The notes beneath the pieces were generated by a model. The model had not been told where the DNA came from. It ran no database searches and saw nothing but the letters and a program-made list of their open reading frames with translations. Positions 10,420-23,273 of a DNA stretch of 64,000 nucleotides are shown piece by piece. The DNA is from Okamejei kenojei (lineage: Eukaryota), in contig CM069132.1 in assembly GCA_035221665.1 (NCBI GenBank), positions 94,860,001 to 94,924,000 on the forward strand. Direction: 5' to 3'. Each line of letters begins with the position of its first letter. Positions within the stretch are counted from its first letter, which is position 1. Both the position numbers and the translations under genes were made by a program.

Positions 10420-11720
10420 ATCTTTCCTCATTTGACAGTCCCGCCATCCCAGGGATCAATCTCGTGAACCTACGCTGCACTGCCTCAATCACAAGGATGT
10501 CTTTCCTCAAATTAGGAGACTAAAACTGTACACAATACTCCAGATGTTGTCTCACCAGGGCCCTACACAACTGCAGAAGAACCTCTTTACTCCTATACTG
10601 AAATCTTCTTGTTATGAAGGCCAACATTCCATTAGCTTTCTTCACTGCCTGCTGTACCCATAAGCCAACTTTCAGTGACCGGTCTACAAGTACGCCCAGG
10701 TCTCGCTGCACCTCCCCCTTATCTAACCTAACCCCATTGAGATAATAATCTGCCCCCTTGTTTTTGCTGCCAAAGTGGATAACTTCACATTTATCTATTT
10801 TATACTGCATCGGCCACGCATCTGCCCACTCACTCAACCAGTCCAGGTCACCCTGCAACCTCCTAACATACTCTTCACAGTTCACATTGCCACCCAGCTT
10901 TGTGTCATCCACAAACTTGTTAGTGTTGCTCCTAATTCGCTCTTCCAAATCATTAATATATATGGTAAACAGCTGCGGCCCCAACGCCGAGCCTTGCGGC
11001 ACTCCACTCGCCACTGCCTGCCATTCTGAAAGGACCCGTTCACTCCTACTCTCTGCCCCCAGTCTGCCAACCAAATTTCTATCCATGTCAACACCCTACC
11101 CCCAATACCATGTGCTCTAATTTTAGTCACCAGTCTCCCGTGCGGGACCTTATCAAAGGCTTTCTGAAAGTCTAGATGCACTACATCCACTGGCACCCCT
11201 TCATCCATTTTACTTATCACATCCTCAAAAAATTCCAGAAGATTAGTCAAGAATGGGGGGTTTAGGCCGAGCGATCGTTCCATCAGTCGTGAGGAGAGAA
11301 TTATTTTGGCTCATTGGCATTACTTGCCCGATATGAACATTAGTCAAGCATGATTTCCCTTTCATAAATCCATGTTGACTTGGACTAATCCTTTTACTGC
11401 TATCCAAATGCCCCATTATTACCTCTTGAATAATCGACTCCAGCATCTTTCCCACCACCGAATTCAAGCTAACTGGCCTGTAATTCCCCGTTTTCTCTCT
11501 CGCTCCTTTCTTGAACTGTCCTCCAATCCACAGGAACTGATCCTGAATATATTGAACATTGGAAAATGATCACCAATGCGTCCACTATTTCCAGAGCCAC
11601 CTCCCTGATCATCAGGTCCAGGGGATTTATCATCCTTCAGTCCCATTAGCCTACCCAATACTATTTCTCGCCTATGTGAAAATTTCTTTCAGTTCCTCTA
11701 CCCCCTTAGATTCTCTGTCC
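10420..11720 (-). mobile_element. CR1 LINE ORF2 (RT) remnant
   Basis: [48 protein letters not shown] and LEYCVQF. Confidence 0.95.
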
Positions 11721-12324
11721 TCCAGTAGATCTTTGAAGAAAGAGAGATGCGACCCCACCCCACCCCCCCACCACTCCCCACATGATACACAAAAAAAAAA
11801 AATCAAATATACATACATCTAACATTAACGATAAGAGAAAGAAGGAAGAGAGACAGACAGACTGCAGGTGAGTCGCAGCCGCTGACGCAGCACCACCACC
11901 GTTATTAATCAAGTTTCTGTGCAATCTTGTCAGATGATTATATAAAAGCTGTACAAAATTACACTCAGCAGATCATCTTTGACTGATCTCATGGTACACA
12001 GCATTTTTAATAAATAATCCTCATTGTAAGTCCGAGGATGAGTTCAGATCCAAAATGTCGCCTGTGCATTCCCTCTGCAGATGCTACCTGACATGCCGAG
12101 TTCCTCCAGCATTTTGTGTTTTGCTCCTAGTTGTAAATCTCTATTCAAATAGCTACATGCTATGAAGCATTCTAGCCCAGCTGTCATGGTTTAAATGTAT
12201 TTTATCCCTTAATGACCAGTAGTAATTTTGCAGTGATTCGAAGAAAAATGTATCTCATTTTGTTGTATCCGGTTCATTGCTTCACTCTAGCAGCAGATGA
12301 AGACGAATGTAGTGGTAGAAGTTA

Positions 12325-12637
12325 GGGTGGTCACAGTGGCGCAGTGGTTGAGTTTCTGCTTTACAGCGAATGCAGCGCCGGAGACCCAGGTTTTATCCTG
12401 ACGATACGGAGTTTGTATGTTCTACCCGTGAACTGCGTGGGGTTTTTCCGAGATCTTCGGTTTCATCCCACGTTCCAAAGACGTACAGGTTTGTAGGTTA
12501 ATTGTAAAAATAGGTAAATGTAAAAATTGTCCCTAGTGGGTGTAGGATAGTGTTAATGTGTGGGGATCGCTGGTCGGCGCGGACCCGGTGGGCCGAAGCT
12601 GTTTCCCGACTGTATTTCTAAACTAAACTAAAACTAA
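12325..12637 (+). mobile_element. tRNA-derived V-SINE (HE1-like)
   Basis: A-box-like GTGGCGCAGTGG, V-domain GGAGTTTGTATGTTCT...CCAAAGACGTACAGG, and CR1-type tail GGGCCGAAG...CTAAACTAAA. Confidence 0.85.
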
Positions 12638-12949
12638 GTGGAATAAAGGAGCACATTGGAAAATAATTACAAATCCCGTACAGGCAGACACCCGTTGTCA
12701 GGATCGAACCCGGGTATCTGAGTTTATGAGATCAAAGTTATAGGAGCAGAATTAGGCTATTCGGCCCATCGTCTACTCCACCATTCAATCAATTCCCTCT
12801 CAACCCCATTCTCCTGCCATCTCCCCATAGCCCCTGACACCCTTACTGATCAAGTAAAATTCCCAGTCTGGGGAGCAGCATCTCACCAGGAATGCCCTAT
12901 CTGAGCACCACAAGGTGTGGATTAGGAAGCAGACCCTTCTGCTTCTTAC

Positions 12950-13140
12950 CTTTCCCCAGCACACTGGTCAGTTATGAAGCCCTCGGGTTGGATGGCACAG
13001 CCAGGTGAAGCAGGGATGAGGCAAGTCTCTGTAAAACAGGCCATATAGCAGTCTTTCACTTCCCTGAGGTAAGTGAATCTAGCTTGAAGTTCTCCCAGCT
13101 TGTTTTCGATAGCTGGAACATTTGGCAGGAACATGCTGGA
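12950..13140 (-). mobile_element. Rex1/Babar-type LINE endonuclease fragment
   Basis: NVPAIENKLGELQAR...DCYMACFTETCL...AIQPEGF resembles the start of the Rex/Babar APE domain. Confidence 0.7.
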
Positions 13141-13940
13141 GACTCACCTGCATGTCTCCCATAGTTTCTGGGTAGGTGATGGCTTCAAGGCCCAGGAGTC
13201 AGTATGCAGAGTCACTCATTACAGACGTTATGTTAGGTGGGAAGGGTCTGGGACAGAATTATCAATGTTTCAGCCTGTAAGGTCAACCATCCCTTTGCCT
13301 CCACAAATACTGCTCAACTCACTGATTTCCTCCAGCAGTTTGATATATGCTTCAGACGATAGCAGACTACAGACTACAGCATCTGCAATGTCTTGTGTCA
13401 CTATTATTAAATCCTCTGAAAAATAACAAAGCCCACAATGGCAACCTCAGAAATGGAGGGTCTTGCTGAAGAAAGAATAAAATTATGCTGCATAGCTGAA
13501 TGAAATTAATGGACATAGAACCACACAACATACCTTTTGTGAAGCAAATGCATTCAAATCTAAAAGACAGAATCAACATCTTAATGTGACCCCATGCATT
13601 GCCAACTCGAAACATCACATATTTTTTTTTCTCCAGAGATGCTGCCCGACCCACTGAGATACTCCAGCATTTTGTACCTATCTTTGGTATAAAATAGTTC
13701 TTTCCTACACATTTACAGAATTGGTTCTTTTTGCTTTTGACAGAAAAAACATTTAAGATCCACAAACATTTTCTATCCAAGGAAACAAATAAAAAATGAA
13801 TGAAATAATAGTTTTCTCTGCACTTTGACTGAATTTTCATTGCATTGACTCACATTCACTGATATCAAATATATTTGTTGACATCATATTGCCAAAGTCT
13901 ATACTAATGCTCTCATGTCTGTGGTCCTTATAAATTATGT

Positions 13941-13994
13941 GGGGTGGAAGATTGCAACCTTCACGTGGTCTGCCCTGTTTCAACGAATGCAATC
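13941..13994 (+). ncRNA. Minimal (P4-less) HDV-like ribozyme, 54 nt (predicted)
   Basis: P1 GGGGUGG/CUGCCCU with G1.U; P2 GAUUGCA/UGCAAUC; P3 ACC/GGU; L3 UUCACGU; GU; J4/2 CGAA (candidate catalytic C at 13984). Confidence 0.85.
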
Positions 13995-14080
13995 AGCCCG
14001 GCATGCACAATCAAATAAGATCAAACAGAACAAGTTGTCCTCCAACTTTAGGCTGTGCACACCATATGCAAGAAGAAGAC
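13941..14080 (+). mobile_element. 140-bp SINE-like element headed by a minimal HDV/CPEB3-like ribozyme, with an (AAG)n tail
   Basis: 9-bp TSD AAATTATGT (13932-13940, 14081-14089) and 3' end CCATATGCAAGAAGAAGAC. No tRNA A/B boxes seen. Confidence 0.85.
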
Positions 14081-14750
14081 AAATTATGTAGTTGACAATT
14101 GTGCCAATATGTTTTTAGCAAATGTGATATATATGACTTTGTATTTTTTATAATTTAATTTTATCTGATTATAGATTGAGATTTGTATTTGTTTTTAACG
14201 ATCATCTTGTTCTGCATTCCTCAAGTTCTGAAACAGCCAGGGCCTTAGGTATTTTCGTAGCACATTTCCAGGACTGATTTTGTCACATCGTGCTATCCCC
14301 GGCATTTGCCATCAATCATGCTGCTCGTATTCATTGCAGGCACCAAATATACTTTTTCCTGATTTGTTTTACAACTGTTCCAATTAAAGATCCACATTCT
14401 TGAGCTCATGTTACAAACTGCAGTCTTGAGAAGCCTGCACCCAACAACGTCATCCTTATGGTGACAATTAAATCCAGTTTCTGCCTCTGACTTAGCAGTT
14501 TTTTAACCATGCCTTCCAGCCTTCCGTTAAGTTCATGCTGAGTTAATAATCGTTGTTACAGTTCTGTAATTTTTGATTTTACATTTTCATCAATCATTAT
14601 AAGAAACATCTGTTTCATTTCAAATGTGCAAGTTATATTTGTGCTTTTTTTATATTGCACAGAAGAATTTACAGGTATTTTATGATATATATGATACAGC
14701 AATGCCTCGGTAATCCAAAAAATATCATTAAGGGGTCCACAATAATCTTG

Positions 14751-14946
14751 TGTAGAAATAAACTGCAGATGCTGGCATATATACATAATATATATAAGAT
14801 AGACACAAAGTGCTGGAGTAACTCAACGGATCAGGCAGCATTTCTGGAGAAAAAGATTTATCTGAAGAAGGGTCCCGACCCGAAACGTCACTCATCCTTT
14901 TTCTTCAGAGATGCTGCCTGACCCGCTGAATAGCACATTGTGTCTA
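14751..14946. mobile_element. Penelope-derived fold-back repeat with a hammerhead-like motif
   Basis: A minus-oriented unit (14751-14856) is followed by a plus unit starting CTGAAGAAGGGTCCCGACCCGAAACGTC (14862-14889). Confidence 0.7.
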
Positions 14947-15029
14947 ACCGCAATAGCCTTGTTGGAAATATACTGAATGACAAGAAAAGTGAGAATGTAT
15001 TTACACAAAAACACAAGAAAACAGCAGCT

Positions 15030-16480
15030 GCTGGCCACTAGCCTACTGAAGCCTGCCCCACCATTTAATATGATCATGGCTGGTCCCTGCTCTCCTCAAT
15101 CCTCTTGATTACTGCATCGAAAAAGGCCCTTCAGCCCACGGAGTCCATGCTGATCACCCATTCAGTCTAGCTCTATGTAATCCCAGGATCAAATCAAACC
15201 TGGGTCTCTGGCACTGGTTCTATGAGGCTCTATCAGTTGTGCAACTCTGCTTGCTTCTTCAGTGCTACTTTCCATTGACCTTCAATTTCTCGATCTTTCA
15301 AATGTTCATCTATCTCCACCTAACATAGATTGAACGTTCTGTCCTCCATCCATCACATTCAAGGGCAGTGAATTCCAAATCTTCTCTACCCTCTACGAGA
15401 AGAAGTTTTTAAACGATTATCCCCTTACTTTGTTGTTCTGTCCCCTTGTGAAATCATCCCACTAGTGAAATTATCTCAACTTCTCTCCTGCCAATTCCCT
15501 AATATGTCTGAATAGGTTATCCTTCATTTTTCTAAACTCCCAGGAATACAGAGCCAAATTGCCTGGCCTCTCTGGGGCATTTCTAAGCTAAAGGCAATAT
15601 TATTTCACTGAAGTGATTCATACATTTTTCCAATATCTATGTACAGCAAGTAATTTGGAAAGTTAACAGAATGCCATTGTTTATTGTGAGAGAATCGAAT
15701 ACAAATGTAGGGAGGCTTTGCTTCAGTAATATGGGGCACTGGTGACAGTACATAGAGTCATTGAATCACACAATGTGGAAACAGGCCCTTCGGCCCAACT
15801 TGCCCACACCGACCAACCTGTCCCATCTACACTAGTCCTACCTGCCCGAATTTGGCCAACTTCTCTCTAAACCTGTCCTATCCATGTACCTGTCTAATTG
15901 TTCCTTAAATGTTGCAATTGTCCCTGCCTCAACTACCTCCTCTGGCACCTCTTTCCACCCATCGCTCTTTGTGTGAAAAAGTTACCCCTATTAAAACTTT
16001 CCTCCTGCATTTGGAGTGCTGGATGCCCAATATGGATATTTCTTATAAAATTATAACTGTGCTTTCAGCTTTCAGTTACTATCACATTGTTGTTAGAGAC
16101 GTAAAGATTATTTTGAAGGTTAGCATCACAGACATGGAGCAGAATTTCATGGACAAACAGTTGACACTCATCTCTGCCCTATGACCATAATACACAGGAT
16201 CAGAATTAGGCCATTCGGCCCATTTAGTTAGCTCCGCCATTCGATTATGGCTGATCTATTGTTCCCTCCCAACCCCATTCTCCTGCCTTCTCGACAGTAT
16301 CCTTTGATGGCCTTTCTAATCAAGAACCTATCAATCTTTGCATTAAAAAATACCTAATGATTTGGCCCCCACAGCTGTCTGTTGATATAGAAGAGGGTGA
16401 ATGGCTACACGGATAGGGGGACATGGACAGATGAGTTGACAATCAGATCAGCCTTGTTCTCACTAAATGGAAGTGCAAGT
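15030..16480. mobile_element. Cluster of old CR1 3' fragments and a SINE fragment
   Basis: Repeated GGCCCTTCGGCCC / GGCCATTCGGCCC CR1 tail motifs (15783, 16209) and degraded CR1 ORF2 end sequence. Confidence 0.6.
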
Positions 16481-17214
16481 TGGAGGAGGGCTGAAGTTCT
16501 ACTCCTGCTTATAATTTGTTTGCATGTCCTAATTTATATACCTATGGCATTGGAGGAAACCATTGTGTCTGTGCCAATCTGAAATGGATTTTAGTTTATC
16601 TTCTTGAATCTTGATCATTGTCCTGTAGCTAAAGGATCTTCAACCACACATCCAGGTATTGTTTTTAAATGCACTGGAAATCCCTGCCTCTGCCACTCTT
16701 TCAGGTAGCCATTGCCAAAGCTTCACCAATTACTGAATTGGTGTTAATACTCTTTTCTCAACTCCCGTTCAATCATTCTATCAAATAACACAACATTTTT
16801 TAAAACAAAAAATAACACCTCTTTGCAGTAGGATATTTCGAAATGACAGTGTCATTAGAATTCTTAAAACTTGGCAGAATTACTTAAATTACTTTAATTG
16901 CAATTTCTATTAGTTCTGGCATTAGATAGACAGGAGGTCTTTTTTGTTTTATAGGAATACTATTTTTGTATTTAATTTCAGTTTCTAATAATAAACTCCT
17001 ATTTAATCTCCACTTAAAAACAAAAAGAGCAGTAGAGAGAAGCAAAATGTTTGGACACACATTGTATCGGAGATCAGATTTGTTGCGTATAACAATCAGG
17101 CTTAGAGGAGTCATCTAGCATTCAGACCAACCACTGTGTCAACGCTTCACTGATCATCACCATCTTCCCTCTAATTATGAAACTACTGAAACCTGCTAAG
17201 CACACGAAGTAGGT

Positions 17215-17505
17215 CAATACAACTTCATGTATCAGGCAACTGAACCACCCTATCAAACAACCAGATGGCAGTCCTGAACTACTATCTACTGTACCTCATT
17301 GGAGACCCTCGGACTATCTTTGATCGGAATTTACTAGCTTTATCTTGCACTAAACATTATTCATGTTATTCCCTTTATCATGTACCTGTACACTGTGGAT
17401 GGCTCAATTGTAATCATGTATTGCCTTTCCACTGACTGGTTAGCATACAACAAAAGCTTTTTACCGGACCTTGGTACATGTGACAAAGAACTAAACTAAA
17501 CTAAA
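17215..17505 (+). mobile_element. LINE 3' end (Rex/Babar- or L2-like) with (CTAAA)n tail; same family on the minus strand at about 24578-24690, 27047-27170, 38280-38550 and 58190-58432
   Basis: Shared CTGACTGGTTAGCA...AAAAGCTTTT..C...ACC..GGTACA.GTGACAA and AACTAAACT tail. Confidence 0.6.
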
Positions 17506-17657
17506 CCATACAATTTCACTTCCTTCAAAGATAATTTTTGATTCAGTGCCACATTTTTATTTTGCACCATCATTTTTTTTCAGAATTCAGTTTGCTTTAA
17601 GTTAACTAAAATTATTCTACTTGCTTGCATAAAATAAGTACACTCATAAGGGAAGTT

Positions 17658-17956
17658 CAGTGGTGCAGCCTCACAGCGCTTGAGACTGAGGTTCCAACAT
17701 GACCCTGGGTGCTGTCTGTGAAGTTTGCATGTTCTATGACCATGTAGGTTTCCTCTGTATGTTCTGGTTTCCTCCCATATCCCAAAGACGTGCACATTTG
17801 ATGGCTAATTAGTCTCTGTAAAATATTCTCTTAGCGTGTAGGGTATGGATAAGAAAATAGAATACCATAGTGTGAACAGATTATTAGTGGTCGGCGTGGA
17901 CTCGGTGGGTTGAAGGGCTTGTTTTCATGTTGTATTTCTAACACCTTAAAACTAAA
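17658..17956 (+). mobile_element. V-SINE
   Basis: V-domain AAGTTTGCATGTTCT...CCCAAAGACGTGC and tail GGACTCGGTGGG..GAAGGGC. Confidence 0.75.
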
Positions 17957-18199
17957 ATTCATATGTTTTACCAAGGACATAGGTTGGTTTGTTATTTCAC
18001 TTAATGTGCTAAACTGACATCTAAAACAATTACTCTTGCTATCAATGTATGTCCTTTCAATTAAATGTGTTGAAAGAGTCATTTTAAATTAAGTTTCTCA
18101 GATAAAATATCATTGTTGTTCTAACCCAAGAGTTCTGATCTTAAATGAAGTGAACTGACTTTCAATGTTCATACTCTAATTGCAATATATGTTTGCAGT

Positions 18200-19391
18200 T
18201 TCTTACCCAGGTCTCTAGATGGCAGTGGAGTGTTCCATCTGTGGGTGGGTTGATAAAACTGGCAGAACTTGTCCTCACTCTCGAAGGTCCAGATCGTATA
18301 ACCCAACCAAGGAGTGACATTTTTTCCAACAGGGCCGCTGCCTTCAAGGTGGTACGAGAATCCCGATGGTGGGGATGCCCGGATTTTACCAGGACTTGTT
18401 GAGAGTCTGGAACCTGGCGGAGGGCGACGGCCCGGGCGTCAGAGCAGCCAGCCCTTGTCCCACCCCACCGAGTGTCGGGGGGGGGGGGGGGGGCTCAAAC
18501 GTGTGAATTACTTGTAGCTGAGCAATCCCCACTCAACCGGAAGTACTTGTCGGACCCAGGCACCGTAATCCTTCCCGGGAGCCTGCTCACGCAACTCGAG
18601 CCGCCTTTCCTCAACACCCTTTATTCCCTTCCGAGATGCAGGGAGGCATGTCCTGTACGGGCTCCTCCTCCACACCCTGCATTTCCTCACCCTGGTCCTC
18701 CGTCCGGACACTAAGTGGCGGTCAGTGTTGCCTTCCGGTCGCGAGGGGAGCCTCGGTGGGGGTCCCACTACGCATGGATTCACCCCCTCTACATCAGGGA
18801 CCTGGAGTGGAGGGTATTGCATCGAGGAGTCCCCTGCAATCTGTTTCTCTCGCGGTTCACAGAATCGCCAGCCACCTGCCACTTTTGCAGCCTGGAAGAG
18901 TCTGTGTACCACGAGTATATGGAGTGTGTAAGGCTGCAGCCCCTGTTCCATTATCTAAAGGGGCTGCTCCTTGCCTCCTGGTTGCATTTATCACCCACCA
19001 TCCTCATCTTTGGACACACTGTACGTAGGGAGAGGGTAGGGCCGAAGATGCCCTGGTTGGGTTGCTCCTGGGCCTGTGCAAGCTGGCCATCCGTGAGTTA
19101 TGGCACCAGGCAGAAGAGGGCTCTGCCCGAGCCAGCTGCCTGCGCCTTTTCCGGGGCTACGTCCACGCCCGGGTGGTGTTAGACAGTGACTACCCCCGAG
19201 TCGACGGGCGCCCTGGGGGATTTCCGTGACCGCAGGGAGTTTAATGCATCCTTGACAAGGATTGTAACATAGTTGTATAGTAGTTTATTTAATATATCTG
19301 TTTGTCCTGTGTTATGGTGGTGGGTTCTGTTTTGTTTTATTGTATTGTAAATATTATTTTAATAATTGTATAATTGTTTTGATTAAAAAAA
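18200..19391 (+). mobile_element. Tx1-clade LINE 3' fragment
   Basis: EWRVLHRGVPCNLFLSRF...CHFCSLEESVYHEYMEC (C-terminal zinc knuckle), GT-rich 3' UTR and short poly(A) at about 19385. Confidence 0.8.
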
Positions 19392-20051
19392 GAACTGACG
19401 TTTCAAGCACTGAGTTGTTATATCTCAGGCCATGTCATCCATTCAGTTAAACAGCGGAGCTGGGTGAGCTGAAGATCTTCAGCAAAAGAAGAAAGAAAAG
19501 TACATAAGGAAGATAAAATATGCAGTTCAAGTCCTTTGCAATAAATGTTTTCATGTATTTTAATATTTGGATATGCATATACCTTGCATGGGTTTGGATT
19601 CCCAAAGCAAATTACATTTTATTTTTGAATGACTATGTATCCATTTAATTATGCCTATTGCAAGAATTATGGAAAATATATTTTTTTAAAAGGTTCTCAA
19701 GCAACATTTCTTTATGGGTATTTTGGTTAAATTAATAAGAAATTACTTGTTTTTATTGTATTACATGAACAAAGAACAATGAACAGTATAGCACGGGAAC
19801 AGGGCCTTCGGCTCACAAAGTAATCAAAGATGATGCTATTCCAAAGGTATCCCATCTGTCTAAACATGGTCTGTGTCCCCTATGTCCTACCTGGTTATGT
19901 GCCTTGTCTATGGGGATCCTAAACATTAGAATCTGCATTTACCACCTCCCCGGCAGCATTTTCTTGCACCTAGCATTCCACGTGTAAAAAAAAACTTGCA
20001 CCGCAAATCTATTTCAAACTTTCTCCCACTCATTTTAAATGTATAAAACAA

Positions 20052-20373
20052 TCGCGGTGGCATGGTGGCACAGCGGTAGAGTTGCTGCCTCACAGCACCA
20101 GGGACTTGGGTTTTATCCTGATTACGAGTGGTGTCTGTACGGAGTTTGTGCAATATCCCGTGACCTACGTGGGCTTTCTCCTGGAGCTCCAGTTTCCTCC
20201 CACACTCCTAAGATGTACCTGGAGGTTTGTAGGCAAATTGGCATGATAAAATTGTAAATTGTCCCTAGTGTGTGTAGCATAGTGTTAGTCTGCGAGGGTC
20301 GCTAGTTGGCACAGACTCAGTGGGCCAAAGGGCCTGTGCCTGTGGTGTATCCCCAAACTAAACTAAACTAAAA
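20052..20373 (+). mobile_element. V-SINE inserted in an old CR1 fragment
   Basis: GGTGGCACAGCGGTAGAG tRNA head, V-domain and (AAACT)n tail. Confidence 0.85.
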
Positions 20374-20649
20374 TAGTTTTTGATCTTATCACTCTGGGAA
20401 AATGGCTGATTATTTGCCCCATCTATGCATAAATATTTATCAGGTTATTCCTCAACCTCACCAGTGAAAACAATTGAAGTTCGTCCAACTTTTCCTTACA
20501 ATAGAATTCAGTAGAAACAATAAATTGCTAGACCCCTTCTGCACCCTGTCCAAAGCCTCCAAATCCATTTTACAATGTGGCAACCAGAATTGTAACAATA
20601 CTCTGAATGTGGCCTAAGTAAAGTTTTCTGCAGTTACAACATGACCTCC

Positions 20650-20908
20650 TAGAAACATAGAAACATAGAAAATAGGTGCAGGAGGAGGCCATTCGGCCCT
20701 TCGAGCCAGCACCACAATTCATTGCGATCATGGCTGATCGTTCCCTACCAATAACCCATGCCTGCCTTCTCCCCATATCCCTTGACTCCACTAGCCCCTA
20801 GAGTTCTATCTAACTCTCTCTTAAATCCATCCAGTGACTTGGCCTCCACTGCCCTCTGTGGCAGGGAATTCCATAAATTCACAACTCTCTGGGTGAAAAA
20901 GTTTTTTC
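20650..20908 (-). mobile_element. Young CR1 3' end
   Basis: (GAAACATA)n tail and FFTQRVVNLWNSLP motif; closely similar to 6455-6710. Confidence 0.9.
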
Positions 20909-21395
20909 GCCTGATTATTATACTCAAAGCCCTTATTGGTGAAGGTACGCATGCCCTATTCCTTCTTTACCACCCGAATCCACTTATGCTAACACTTTCA
21001 AGGAGCTAAGGACTTGCATCCCAAGATTCTTCGGTACATTGACTGTATACGTTTCCTTTTGAGTTTGACCCCCCCCCCCCTCGCCACAAAAATAACACCT
21101 CACAGTTGTCCGGATAAAATTCCATCTGTCATTTCTCCACCCACATTTACAACTAGTCATAGAATCATTGAGTCGTACACCACGCAAACAGGCCCTTCAG
21201 CCCACTTGCCATGCCGACCAAGATGCCTCATCTACAGCCAGCTTGCATTTGGTCTCTAAACCTTGCTTATTCATGTACCTGTCCAAATGTATTTCAAATG
21301 TTGTTAACTGATCTATATCCTGCTGTATCATTTGACAACCTTTGACAACCTTCTTTACCATCCTCATCTTCAAAATTGTTTTTTCTTTATCTTCT

Positions 21396-22619
21396 GCGTG
21401 GATAAGGGAGAACCAGTGGATGTGGTATATCTGGACTTCCAGAAGGCTTTCGACAAGGTCCCACATAAGAGATTAGTATACAAACTTAAAGCATACGGTA
21501 TTAGGGGTTCAGTATTGATGTGGATAGAGAACTGGCTGGCAAACAGGAAGCAAAAGAGTAGGAGTAAACGGGTCCTTTTTCACAATGGCAGGCAGTAACT
21601 AGTGGGGTACCGCAGGGCTCAGTGCTGGGACCCCAGCTATTTACAATATATATTAATGATCTGGATGAGGGAATTGAAGGCAATATCTCCAAGTTTGCGG
21701 ATGACACTAAGCTGGGGGGCAGTGTTCGCTGTGAGGAGGATGCTAGGAGACTGCAAGGTGACTTGGATAGGCTGGGTGAGTGGGCAAATGTTTGGCAGAT
21801 GCAGTATAATGTGGATAAATGTGAGGTTATCCACTTTGGTGGCAAAAACAGGAAAGCAGACTATTATTTAAATGGGGCCGATTAGAAAAGGGGAGATGCA
21901 GCGAGACCTGGGTGTCATGGTACACCAGTCATTGAAAGTAGGCATGCAGGTGCAGCAGGCAGTGAAAAAGCGAATGGTATGTTTAGCTTTCATAGCAAAA
22001 GGATTTGAGTACAGGAGCAGGGAGGTTCTACTTCAGTTGTACAGGGTCTTGGTGAGACCACACCTGGAGTATTGCGTGCAGTTTTGGTCTCCAAATCTGA
22101 GGAAGGACATTATTGCCATAGAGGGAGTGCAGAGAAGGTTCACCAGACTGATTCCTGGGATGTCAGGACTGTCTTATGAAGAAAGCTGGATAGACTCGGT
22201 TTATACTCTCTGGAATTTAGGAGATTAAGAGGGGATCTTATAGAAACTTACAAAATTCTTAAGGGTTGGACAGGCTAGATGCAGGAAGATTGTTCCCGAT
22301 GTTGGGGAAGTCCAGGACATAGGGGTCACAGCTTAAGGATAAGGGGGAAATCCTTTAAGACCGAGATGAGAAAGACTTTCTTCACAACAGAGAGTGGTGA
22401 GTCTCTGGAACCTCTCTGCCACAGAGGGTAGTTGAGGCCAGTTCATTGGCTATATTTAAGAGTGAGTTGGATGTGGCCCTTGTGGCTAAGGGGATCAGAG
22501 GGTATGGAGAGAAGGCAGGTACGGATACTGAGTTGGATGATCAGGCATGATCATATTGAATGGCGGTGCAGGCTCGAAGGGGATGGCCTACTCCTGCACC
22601 TAATTTCTATGTTTCTATG
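21396..22619 (+). mobile_element. 5'-truncated CR1 LINE with 15-bp TSD
   Basis: [29 protein letters not shown] and (TTTCTATG)n tail. TSD TTTTCTTTATCTTCT at 21381-21395 and 22620-22634. Confidence 0.95.
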
Positions 22620-23273
22620 TTTTCTTTATCTTCTATAAAGCTATTTTTTTAAATCCATATATCATATAAATTGTGTTAATCTGTAAATATTTTCTCAAGA
22701 TACATGTAGAGATGCTTTTCAGCATAAAGTTTATAAAGGCCTGAAAGAAAAAGCTTGCATCTAAATGTATACAGAAATTCATACACAAATAACTGTCTTT
22801 TTTCAATGCTTGGAAGTTGGTTATTTAGAAGTACATGGAAGTTTGCTATTTTCACAGTTGGATATGACAGTGACAACTTCTAGTGGAACTAGACCATGGT
22901 GGAAATCAATCATGCACTTCTGGTGACTAATCTCACTCGCACCAATATGATGACTTTGCACCTGATGTTCATAGAGTAACATTTTCCCCTGTACAACACA
23001 AAATTTGGATATTTCAAGCACTTTTCATTCATTGATTTCACTTATGTTATAGATAACAATAATTTTCTGACTAACAGTCAAGATTAATTCAATTGATCAT
23101 CAAAGATTAAATTGAGTCTGCCTTTTGCATCAATTGTGTGAAATAGGTGTTTTGACAGTGAAGGGGTGCGATAGGCGGGATGCAGTCATGTAATGATATT
23201 TCTAGAAATTCCAAACCAAGTATGTTGATCCTTGACATCGGGAATGTTGGAAAAACCTGCTATGACCTTAAGC

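Noticed and set aside
11255-11310. Resemblance to 28S rRNA (GGGTTTAG.CCG...GTCGTGAG)
   Set aside because: It needs a gap of about 16 nt and the match is too short; probably chance.
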